From the IMG/VR virus record IMGVR_UViG_3300008624_000520, positions 52,100-72,099 of that record: DNA of 20,000 nt; one strand, written 5' to 3'. How positions within the stretch are numbered: position 1 is the first letter of the stretch; each line of letters opens with the position of its first letter. The notes below the pieces were generated by a model. It saw nothing but the letters and a program-made list of their open reading frames with translations. It searched no databases and was not told the origin of the DNA. The stretch is from an uncultured virus (IMG/VR IMGVR_UViG_3300008624_000520) (lineage: Duplodnaviria; Heunggongvirae; Uroviricota; Caudoviricetes). A program made the translations under genes and the position numbers. Shown here in pieces: positions 7,531 to 15,208 of this stretch.

Positions 7531-8818
7531 AAAATCCACCTAGTTCAGGAAAGGTTTTTATAAAATCTGTTCCCCTTCTCCTGTCATGTTCATCTACAAA
7601 GCTAACAAAATCGTTTCTTTGTACTTCTAATTCTTTTCCTTTAAATCTATTTGCTTTAATCCAATCAACTGTTCTTTTAAATTTCATTATTTCATAAGTT
7701 TGATATATATGATCGAAGTCTCGCATAGTTTCTAAACTATTGTCTAACATACTTATAACATTATCGTCTGCAATCCTAGCAGTTAGGTGTAATGGTTCAA
7801 CCATATTAGGCATATCTACTGTAATTAAATCACCATAAGTATTTTTCAATTCTGCTACTTTAAATATGAACTCATCAAAGTTAGGAATAGATAAGAAACA
7901 AAAAGTACACATGATTCCTACAGGTATGCCTGCTGCTAAAACTCTATGTAGGTTCTGTTCAAACCTATTCATTTTTAAACCATTCCTTATATACTCTGCT
8001 TGGTCGCCCCAGCTGTCTATACTGACATAACATTTTTGGCCAGGCAAATCTGCAACTAACCTGATGTATTCTAAAACTCTCCTTTCAGTCACCATCAAAT
8101 TTGTGCTTATTTCGAAAGATAAGTTCTCTTTAGGATGCTCTTTAACATACTCCAATAGCTTAAACGTATTATTGTCTAATAAGGGTTCTCCACCCGTCAA
8201 GCGTATAGTATTTAGGTGTGGATATGCCTCAGGCAACCACTTCCAAAACTTCTTAACGTCGGGGTTCTGTGAGGGTGCTAGAATGTCATTTCTTGTTTGA
8301 TACTTATCGTGATTTGGCTTGCTTTTTAAGTCATATGTTCCATACTTGTCTAACTCCTTTTGCCATGTAGAACTCTTTCCTGCCCCACAATAACTACATG
8401 ACATTTGACATTTATTAGTGAAACTAACCGTCAAATACCTTGGCCATACATCTTCCTCAGGAGGAATTGATGCTGTTTTTGCTATTAAGTCTGGATCGTC
8501 TTTTAAAAACTGTACAGCGAGCATTTGTCTGTCGCTAAAGTTTCCTGTTTTTTCTATATTATAACAATAAGCGTCTTCTGCGGGTTTACCGCCTTCTAAC
8601 ATTTCTTGTCTTACTGCTTTGGTATAGGGTGTGTTGTGTAGATCGCTTTGTGAAGGGATTTTATGTTGGGGACAATGATAGCATGAATGCTTTAGTCCTT
8701 CTGCTAAACTCAATTCCAAATAATACCACTTTAATAAACAGAATCCTGGACCTATCTCGTCCAAATCATTTTTTATTTTACTTAACCAGTATTCCTGATT
8801 ATTTAATTTTCTTGCCAA
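7505..8818 (-). CDS. Radical SAM protein with an N-terminal Cys-containing (twitch-like) region
   Basis: CQMSCSYC (CxxxCxxC), LTGGEPLL, ISTN, VSIDSWG...YIRNG. The TTG start is uncertain. Confidence 0.88.
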   Translation of the reverse strand: MARKLNNQEYWLSKIKNDLDEIGPGFCLLKWYYLELSLAEGLKHSCYHCPQHKIPSQSDLHNTPYTKAVRQEMLEGGKPAEDAYCYNIEKTGNFSDRQMLAVQFLKDDPDLIAKTASIPPEEDVWPRYLTVSFTNKCQMSCSYCGAGKSSTWQKELDKYGTYDLKSKPNHDKYQTRNDILAPSQNPDVKKFWKWLPEAYPHLNTIRLTGGEPLLDNNTFKLLEYVKEHPKENLSFEISTNLMVTERRVLEYIRLVADLPGQKCYVSIDSWGDQAEYIRNGLKMNRFEQNLHRVLAAGIPVGIMCTFCFLSIPNFDEFIFKVAELKNTYGDLITVDMPNMVEPLHLTARIADDNVISMLDNSLETMRDFDHIYQTYEIMKFKRTVDWIKANRFKGKELEVQRNDFVSFVDEHDRRRGTDFIKTFPELGGFYGRIKTGN

Positions 8819-9218
8819 TGTTGTATTTGGGGATCAATTCCCACTCACCTTTTTCTTTAAATGATATAATTTTTATCTGACTTAAAGGTGCAAATTCCTT
8901 TGGCTCTGTTATTAAAACTACTAAATCCCAATCGGATAGTAATTTAGCTATGGTGTTTCGTCTCTCTAAGTCGTTGTCTTGGAAGTCTGCCTCCTTGCCA
9001 TCTAATGCAAACAATTCTTTAAAATGTGTTATAAAGTATCTGCCTTTCTTATGTAATATATGGCACGACTGATAAAGGACTTTTTCTTTTTTCGAAGCAA
9101 CACCTATTCGAGATAGGGTTTCCCTGACTTTCAGGAAATCTTCGGGGTCCTTCAAAGAAACTTCTAAGGGTGAATACCCAGGATAGTCAATGTTGAAGTA
9201 ATTGTCTTGATCACTCAT
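8799..9218 (-). CDS. regA: RegA translational repressor
   Basis: DFLKVRETLSRIGVAS, LYQSCHILHKKGRYFITHFKELFALDGK, KGEWELIPKYNIG. Confidence 0.97.
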   Translation of the reverse strand: MSDQDNYFNIDYPGYSPLEVSLKDPEDFLKVRETLSRIGVASKKEKVLYQSCHILHKKGRYFITHFKELFALDGKEADFQDNDLERRNTIAKLLSDWDLVVLITEPKEFAPLSQIKIISFKEKGEWELIPKYNIGKKIK

Positions 9219-9264
9219 TCTCAATACGCCTTTCGTGTATCATATAAATTATTAGGTTACCAAT

Positions 9265-9272
9265 TATTTATA
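9265..9272 (-). promoter_or_regulatory. T4 late promoter TATAAATA upstream of regA
   Basis: Exact consensus overlapping the gp62 stop, ~46 nt before the regA ATG. Confidence 0.65.
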
Positions 9273-9732
9273 CTTTACCGCCTTTAGACGTATTAAGGTA
9301 TAGTTTTATAACATCAATATCAGTGTCTGATAAAAGTCTTAAAGCTTCTTTTGCTTTATTAAAACTATATCCAAAAAAGCGCTGTATCGCGTCAATGTTC
9401 TCCTCTTCAGATTTTAACCACTTATTATATCTTTTTGCTTTTCGTACTACTTCTCTTAAGAAATCGTACTGCAATTTTTTATCTAGATGAGATCTAGAAT
9501 TCATTTCATTGCCTGCAATAACTGTATCAGGCCCCATTCCCATAGCTCTATTTACAATAAAAGCATTATATTCATTCTCAGTTCTCTCATCAACTATTAA
9601 ATCTTCTTTACTAAAATTAATGGAATTCACAAAGTCAAAAGGAGAAATCTTCTTCAATTTCTCCTGGAATTGATCTTCAACGATCTCCTCTACGGGATCG
9701 CCAAACCCTTCTAATATTGCTTTATCAACCAT
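9268..9732 (-). CDS. gp62: Clamp loader small subunit
   Basis: SPFDFVNSIN, YNAFIVNRAM, NEMN, QYDFL, GYSFNKAKEAL, C-terminal KGG; located between gp44 and regA. Confidence 0.92.
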   Translation of the reverse strand: MVDKAILEGFGDPVEEIVEDQFQEKLKKISPFDFVNSINFSKEDLIVDERTENEYNAFIVNRAMGMGPDTVIAGNEMNSRSHLDKKLQYDFLREVVRKAKRYNKWLKSEEENIDAIQRFFGYSFNKAKEALRLLSDTDIDVIKLYLNTSKGGKV

Positions 9733-9806
9733 ACTACTAATTTATAAGTGAAATAAGCTAATCCACCTATAAAAAACCAAATTGTAAAATTATAAAAAAA
9801 TTCCAT
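9711..9806 (-). CDS. Small single-pass membrane protein (31 aa, MEFFYNFTIWFFIGGLAYFTYKLVVWLIKQY)
   Basis: Manual translation. TAATG overlap with the upstream lipoprotein ORF. Confidence 0.6.
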   Translation of the reverse strand: MEFFYNFTIWFFIGGLAYFTYKLVVWLIKQY

Positions 9807-9985
9807 TAATCAAATAAAGTTTCTGCTCTACAGACATTATTCCTTCTGCAAATTTCTAAATTGTGTTGAAATACTACTGGCTCAACCCACTCAAAACGGG
9901 GCATACCTTCTTCGTACCAATAAGGAACATAATCTGTCGTACTACACCCTACTAGGAATGTTATCATTAGCAAATATCTAGTCAT
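9806..9985 (-). CDS. Small predicted lipoprotein (59 aa, MTRYLLMITFLVGCSTTDYVPYWYEEG...CRRNNVCRAETLFD)
   Basis: Manual translation. Basic N-terminus, hydrophobic core, lipobox LVG|C, purine-rich RBS (AGAGGAAAGAGAG). Confidence 0.75.
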   Translation of the reverse strand: MTRYLLMITFLVGCSTTDYVPYWYEEGMPRFEWVEPVVFQHNLEICRRNNVCRAETLFD

Positions 9986-10003
9986 TTTGTTTCTCTCTTT
10001 CCT

Positions 10004-10177
10004 CTAATTAAATCCAAAATCATTCTCTTTACTCTCTCTGTAACTTTCGAGCAAAAGCTCTGTTATAGAAATTTTACGTTTTTTGGCTTCTGCCTTTAAT
10101 TCCTTTTTTAACTCCTCAGGAACACGAATGTCTATTCTGGCAGTTGCCTTTCCTGCTTCATTATAATCTTTTGTCAT
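10004..10177 (-). CDS. Ribbon-helix-helix (Arc/CopG/HicB-like) DNA-binding protein, 57 aa
   Basis: ARIDIRVPEELKKELKAEAKKRKISITELL fits the RHH pattern. ATG 10177 has an ATGA overlap with the gp44 stop and SD GGAG. Confidence 0.75.
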   Translation of the reverse strand: MTKDYNEAGKATARIDIRVPEELKKELKAEAKKRKISITELLLESYRESKENDFGFN

Positions 10178-11118
10178 GCAAACTCCACATTTGCCATAAT
10201 TTCTGTCAAACATGCAGTAAGGTTAATTTCCTGATCTGCCACAAATGCCGCTTTATACTGATAATCGGCTATTAACAGAACTAGCTGTGGAATTGACTTA
10301 ATCTCAGGTAATAGAATATCATATATCTGTCTAAATATACCCTGAGGGTCAGTATCCACATTATTGGCTACCCACTGCCTCATCTTCTTCCAATTCTTCT
10401 CCCTTAGGCTCTCTATGAGCTGCTTAGCGTTGATTTCTTGGAAGTTACTTAATACACCCTCATCTATTTTTCCTGCTACGGAGTACCTTTGTAGCTCATT
10501 TATGACCCTTCTATAGTCAGGAAAATACTTCATTAGGAGCTCCGCTAACACTTTCTCAGAGTAGTCTATTCCTTCATTACTAAGGATATACTGCATCCTT
10601 TGTAAGAACTTAGCAGCGAGCTGAGGACGATCTGAGGGTGCTATCTTAAAGTCCACTACCGTTGTTCTACTATGTAACGGTGTTATAATCCTATTTATAT
10701 AGTTACAAGTAAATATGAACCTACAATTCGACGAAAACGTTTCTATAAACGCCCGTAATGCTGGTTGAACACTCTCTCTGTTCAAATAGTCAGCCTCATC
10801 AAGTATAACTACCTTGGTTTTACCCTCAAAGGATACTGCTGATGCAAAGTTGCGTATCTTAGTTCTAAGTGTATCTATTTGTCTACCCTCATCACTACCA
10901 TTAATAATAATGTAGTCACATCCTAGTTCTTCACATAATGCACGCGCGAGGGTTGTTTTGCCTGTACCTGCTGATCCAGACAATAGTAAGTTAGGTATCT
11001 CCTTTTTAGTAATAAACTGCTGAAATGTAGTTTTTACTTCATCAGGCAATATACAGTCCTCTATACTATGTGGACGATATTTTTCTACCCATAAAAATTG
11101 TTGTGGTTCCATATTCAT
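10174..11118 (-). CDS. gp44: Clamp loader large subunit (RFC-like AAA+)
   Basis: LWVEKYRP, Walker A GSAGTGKTT, Walker B ILDEAD, LHSR, YFPDYRR. Confidence 0.97.
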   Translation of the reverse strand: MNMEPQQFLWVEKYRPHSIEDCILPDEVKTTFQQFITKKEIPNLLLSGSAGTGKTTLARALCEELGCDYIIINGSDEGRQIDTLRTKIRNFASAVSFEGKTKVVILDEADYLNRESVQPALRAFIETFSSNCRFIFTCNYINRIITPLHSRTTVVDFKIAPSDRPQLAAKFLQRMQYILSNEGIDYSEKVLAELLMKYFPDYRRVINELQRYSVAGKIDEGVLSNFQEINAKQLIESLREKNWKKMRQWVANNVDTDPQGIFRQIYDILLPEIKSIPQLVLLIADYQYKAAFVADQEINLTACLTEIMANVEFA

Positions 11119-11177
11119 TTTATCAGAAACTTTTTTTGCTCCAAAATATCTTCGATTTTTTTCCGTCGAAAAAAGGT

Positions 11178-11798
11178 CTAGCCAAATTTCTCCTTTACAG
11201 AAGTCGAATCTGAAAAGTTCAACTCTATATTAGTACCGACACTATCATACTCGTCAGACATTACTGCTACTTCTGTAGCTGCCTCTTGTACATGTTGCAT
11301 TACATTTTCAGGTGTACTTATGTCGTAAGGATCGTCTTCAGCATTGTCTTGGAAACCTTCTTCAACAAATGACTTAACTATTGTTCCGTCAGTTACTATT
11401 GCTGCATATCTCCAGGACCTCATTCCAAATCCTAAATTATCTTTTCGGACATCCATGCCCATCTTAATTGTAAACTCACCACTACCATCAGGTATCAGTT
11501 TAACATTTACAATTTCCTGTTTCTCTTTCCACTCTTCCATAACGAATGTATCATTAACACTAACACAATAGATATCATCTATGCCTAGTTCTCTAAACTC
11601 AGAATATAGCTCTTCAAATCCAGGAAGTTGTTGTCCTGAACATGTAGGAGTAAATGCTCCTGGCAAACCAAAAACTATTACTGTCTTATCTTTAAACAGA
11701 TCATCTGTTGTTAATGTAGTCCATTTAAAACCCTCTGTTGCGTGGGTTATTCTTCTATGGAATGTTGCTTGTGGAATTTCTTCTGGCAATCTACTCAT
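11178..11798 (-). CDS. Peroxiredoxin (Prx5/Redoxin type)
   Basis: LPGAFTPTCS peroxidatic motif, CVSVNDTFVM, PDGSGEFT, GFGMRSWRYA. Confidence 0.95.
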   Translation of the reverse strand: MSRLPEEIPQATFHRRITHATEGFKWTTLTTDDLFKDKTVIVFGLPGAFTPTCSGQQLPGFEELYSEFRELGIDDIYCVSVNDTFVMEEWKEKQEIVNVKLIPDGSGEFTIKMGMDVRKDNLGFGMRSWRYAAIVTDGTIVKSFVEEGFQDNAEDDPYDISTPENVMQHVQEAATEVAVMSDEYDSVGTNIELNFSDSTSVKEKFG

Positions 11799-11977
11799 TT
11801 ATCCATCTCCGATTGATTAAATATATCTAAATCACCCTTCATTACTTTCCTAACAAGTGATATTGCTGGATTTGGACGAGTAAATATATACTCTATGGTT
11901 TCCCCAAATTTGTTGAACTCAACAATCCAACCATTTGTGGCCTCTCTTAGAGTTACCTCTAAATTTTCTTCGTTCAT
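11795..11977 (-). CDS. Hypothetical protein (60 aa)
   Basis: SD AGGAG; ATGA overlap with the peroxiredoxin start. Confidence 0.75.
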   Translation of the reverse strand: MNEENLEVTLREATNGWIVEFNKFGETIEYIFTRPNPAISLVRKVMKGDLDIFNQSEMDK

Positions 11978-11985
11978 AAAAACTC

Positions 11986-12642
11986 CTATATATTTGAAGA
12001 ACGTTCTAAAGCTAGCCAGTATTTCAAATCACCTTTACTGCTTTCTAAGAACATAAATTTCTTCTGTGAAAGTGTGACGCTATAACTTCCAGGTATAACC
12101 TTAAAGTTTTCTATTGCTAGTCTAGCATCAAACGTTTTGTCAGTTGTTCCTATTGTTTGCCTAAAGCTATTAGATTTAGGTGTACTAGGATCACTAACTG
12201 TTACTACAACATCACTACCGTTGCCAATTATACTTAACATAGGAGCTGCTGTTATAGCTGCTGCTTTTAAGATCATATCAACATCATCTTTAGTGAAGTC
12301 AAACTGGAAGAAGTTATCTACTTCAATACTTTTATCAGGTGCACTAACTATAATGTTAGGGTCTGCATAGTAGTATTCAAAAACAGATGTGCCTTTGCTA
12401 ACTTTTAAACTTTCGTCTTGAAAGTCAACATCAGTATCTTCCATTAGTGTTAATAGTGAAAGCAAACTATTTAAATCATAGATTGCAAATTCTTTTGGAA
12501 AACTCTCGCTAATCTCAGCTTTAGCAAAAATGTTTTTGCCTGTGCTAATTGTGGCTAAAGAGTTTCCTTGACGAACAAGAATGTTCGTATTAATTGTCGC
12601 AAAGTTCTTGAGTACATCAAGAGTCCCTGTGCTTATTTTCAT
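11986..12642 (-). CDS. gp45: Sliding clamp
   Basis: MKISTGTLDVLKNFATINTNI, FAIYDLNSLL, ENFKVIPGSY, YWLALE. Confidence 0.96.
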   Translation of the reverse strand: MKISTGTLDVLKNFATINTNILVRQGNSLATISTGKNIFAKAEISESFPKEFAIYDLNSLLSLLTLMEDTDVDFQDESLKVSKGTSVFEYYYADPNIIVSAPDKSIEVDNFFQFDFTKDDVDMILKAAAITAAPMLSIIGNGSDVVVTVSDPSTPKSNSFRQTIGTTDKTFDARLAIENFKVIPGSYSVTLSQKKFMFLESSKGDLKYWLALERSSNI

Positions 12643-12680
12643 AATATATTACTCCAAAGATTTATTCTTATATACTGCTT

Positions 12681-12709
12681 ATTATAGACTCTATCCAAGT
12701 GAGAGTCAA
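12681..12709 (-). promoter_or_regulatory. Sigma70-type promoter upstream of gp45 (family copy 2)
   Basis: TTGACT-ctcacttggatAGAGTc (17 nt)-TATAAT; contains the perfect dyad GACTCT-N9-AGAGTC. Confidence 0.85.
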
Positions 12710-13668
12710 TAGTTAAGAGTACCAAAACCATCTAATTCAAACTCAATTTTATATGCTAAGTCTTGATGGCATTTAACTCCTGGATGCAACAAATCTCTTC
12801 CTACATCATCTAAGCCCAACCCAGGTGGTGGCTCTTTTTCTTGCATAGGTTTTAATATTGTTTCACTCATTACTTGTAGAGCCTCTTCAGGATCTGCTGG
12901 TAATGTAACACCAACTCCAGGTATGTGTTGGTGTATTAAAGTTAGGTCGTCTGCATAATTATATGTAGATTCTTTTGACATGTCTGCTGGGTCGTCAGAC
13001 GTTCCGTTAATCCATAGTATAGGTATGTTCCAATTCTCTCCTAGTCTAATTATGGTTTTCATCATTATCATATGTTGCCATTTTGCTACGCCCAAAGATT
13101 GATATAAAAAGAGTAGTTCTTTCTCTTTACTGTCTGGTTTGAGTGCCGCTGGTATATAATCTATATTCTTTACACTAACCGGAACATCTGGAATGCCTAC
13201 AGAAATGCCTGTAGAATTTTGTGAACCAATTAATACCATATGTTTAGGCGGTGTTTTCCAATACTTACTTAGTTGTAAAAGGTTAAAGGGTAAGTTCTCT
13301 AGTCTACCACCATAAGTAGATGCATTATAGAAAGGAATGCCCATTCTTTCTTCTAAAATTTTGTGATATAAATCTCTGTTATGTAGTCCAGGACCTACAC
13401 CAATGCATTCTGTAGAACATAAGACCCAATCACCGTCCAAATCTGCCACTTCATGATCGGATCTGAAACCCAGAGAGTCAAATTTATAAGTAATGGGATC
13501 ACTCTCGTTGTCATAATATTTCCACGTAGGTCCATACTTTTCTCTCGCTTTATTAAACCAGTCCCATGATTCATGTAACAACCACTTATATTCTTCTTTG
13601 GGATCTGCTTGGTAAGATATTAAACCGTGTTTTCCTAGGGTTATTTTTTGTAGTGGAACATTATTCAT
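12706..13668 (-). CDS. Hypothetical protein, divergent SGNH/GDSL-like (320 aa)
   Basis: YKFDSLGFRS N-terminal pattern and C-terminal RDLLHPG (DxxH); block I is degenerate (STECIGVG). Confidence 0.5.
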   Translation of the reverse strand: MNNVPLQKITLGKHGLISYQADPKEEYKWLLHESWDWFNKAREKYGPTWKYYDNESDPITYKFDSLGFRSDHEVADLDGDWVLCSTECIGVGPGLHNRDLYHKILEERMGIPFYNASTYGGRLENLPFNLLQLSKYWKTPPKHMVLIGSQNSTGISVGIPDVPVSVKNIDYIPAALKPDSKEKELLFLYQSLGVAKWQHMIMMKTIIRLGENWNIPILWINGTSDDPADMSKESTYNYADDLTLIHQHIPGVGVTLPADPEEALQVMSETILKPMQEKEPPPGLGLDDVGRDLLHPGVKCHQDLAYKIEFELDGFGTLNY

Positions 13669-14425
13669 TCTTGAATTCAGGGGGCCTCTTTTCTATAAAT
13701 GAGGCTATGCCTTCTTCTATATCTTTTGACTCTAGACACATGTCCTTAGCCCAAAGAGCAAAGTCAATGGCTTCATCCATATTAGAGTTTACTGTATGCC
13801 ATACTGCTCCCTTAGTCCCCCTCACAGCTATTGGTCCACACTCTGTGGCTATACGATGTGCAAAGGCTAAAGCTCTCTCATCAACGTCTCCATGGCATAC
13901 CATATTACATAGTCCTACTCTCTCCAACCACCAAACATCATGCTCGTCACCTGGCATCATAAAAGAAATAGCTCTATTAGAACCTATTCTTTGTGTCAAT
14001 TTAACTTGCATAGTAACAGCATTGAAACCTAATTTAGTTTCAGGACACATGAATCTGCTAGTCTCATCTGCGAAAACAAAATCACTAGCTAACATCAATC
14101 CAAAACCCTCTCCTATACACCAGCCTTTAATTGCTGATATAATTGGTTTAGGTGTTACCATATCGTTATCTGATAATAGAAAACCCCAACCCTCTTTTAG
14201 TCCTTGATGTATTGTCTTAACATCAAAACCTGCTGTAAAATGGTTGGGATTGCCGGATCGTATGACAAGAACCCTAGCTTCATCGTCATCTCTGAACTGA
14301 ACTAGGGCGTCATTGTATCCTGCGTAAAAGGGTTTGTCTAAGATATTTAAAGGACCGACACCGTTTATTGTTAAAACGGCGACGTGGTCGTTTAAATCGT
14401 AAGTGATTCTCTCACCAAATTCCAT
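13661..14425 (-). CDS. Enoyl-CoA hydratase/isomerase (crotonase superfamily)
   Basis: FTAGFDV, PKPIISAIKGWCIGEG, ASDFVFA, F.CPETKLG, EGIASFIEKRPPEF. Confidence 0.93.
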   Translation of the reverse strand: MEFGERITYDLNDHVAVLTINGVGPLNILDKPFYAGYNDALVQFRDDDEARVLVIRSGNPNHFTAGFDVKTIHQGLKEGWGFLLSDNDMVTPKPIISAIKGWCIGEGFGLMLASDFVFADETSRFMCPETKLGFNAVTMQVKLTQRIGSNRAISFMMPGDEHDVWWLERVGLCNMVCHGDVDERALAFAHRIATECGPIAVRGTKGAVWHTVNSNMDEAIDFALWAKDMCLESKDIEEGIASFIEKRPPEFKNE

Positions 14426-14442
14426 AATATAAACTCCAAAAA

Positions 14443-14775
14443 TTAGAAGCTAGCGAATGTATTGCCTTCACTATCGTTTATCAATACTGTGATTCCTGCT
14501 GCTTCGCATGCTGACTTAACTGCTGCACGCGAGGCCGCTTCATCAGGAAGTGTTTCTAAATCTGCGTTTAGCTCATCAAAAGTTGCTTTGTCTGTTGCTT
14601 CAGCCTCTATTGTAAGCACTAACTCAGCTTCATCCCAAGTGTAAGTCTTAGTCACGCCTGCTTCTGCATATTTAGTTCTCCAAACCGTATCGTGATCTGG
14701 ATGTGAGTCAGCAATCTTAGGTAGTTCCACGCCTGTATTAGGCCTTGTCATTGTTACTGTTCTTGTGTACGCCAT
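14443..14775 (-). CDS. Hypothetical protein under a late promoter (110 aa, Ala/Thr/Glu-rich)
   Basis: SD GGAG; TATAAATA ~30 nt upstream. Confidence 0.8.
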   Translation of the reverse strand: MAYTRTVTMTRPNTGVELPKIADSHPDHDTVWRTKYAEAGVTKTYTWDEAELVLTIEAEATDKATFDELNADLETLPDEAASRAAVKSACEAAGITVLINDSEGNTFASF

Positions 14776-14805
14776 TTATGTCTCCAAAATTGTAAAATAT
14801 ACTCT

Positions 14806-14813
14806 TATTTATA
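14806..14813 (-). promoter_or_regulatory. T4 late promoter TATAAATA
   Basis: Exact consensus, intergenic, directly downstream of a terminator. Confidence 0.8.
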
Positions 14814-14837
14814 AAGAAACGGCCTGCTAAGCAGGCC
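14813..14837 (-). terminator. Rho-independent terminator
   Basis: Minus strand GGCCTGC-TTA-GCAGGCC followed by GTTTCTTT, just after the stop at 14855. Confidence 0.8.
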
Positions 14838-14854
14838 TGATTGGTTGAATAAAT

Positions 14855-15208
14855 TTAATAACCTTGATCTTGTGGATAATCTTCTGCAAATATATCGCTA
14901 GCTACATGCTTTTCATCATGTACATATAAAGCAATAAGAGCATAATGTAAGACCTTTAGTAAGTCTTTCCTTGCATCTACAATTGATCCTTTCTTTCCAT
15001 ATCTTTGTGCATACTTTAAGATATTTCCTATACAAAATCCTAATCCATGTCCTCCATCAACGATAAATTCAGTTGCCTGAAACTTATCTGAGGAGTAATG
15101 TCCGTTGCCATATGTTGCATCGATATAACGACGGAGCTCGTCTATGAGCTCCCCTTCGTTAAACTTATAATTAGGACTATTCGTCGTCTTCGATTTCAAA
15201 GTCTTCAT
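14855..15208 (-). CDS. DUF3310-like phage protein (117 aa)
   Basis: HY...QATEFI...GFCIGNILKYAQRYGKK...DLLKVLHYA. Start moved to ATG 15208 (SD AGGAG). Confidence 0.82.
   Translation of the reverse strand: MKTLKSKTTNSPNYKFNEGELIDELRRYIDATYGNGHYSSDKFQATEFIVDGGHGLGFCIGNILKYAQRYGKKGSIVDARKDLLKVLHYALIALYVHDEKHVASDIFAEDYPQDQGY

Noticed and set aside
7182..10699. Extra TATAAATA matches at 7182-7189 and 10692-10699
   Set aside because: Deep inside coding regions, far from any start; expected by chance in AT-rich DNA.
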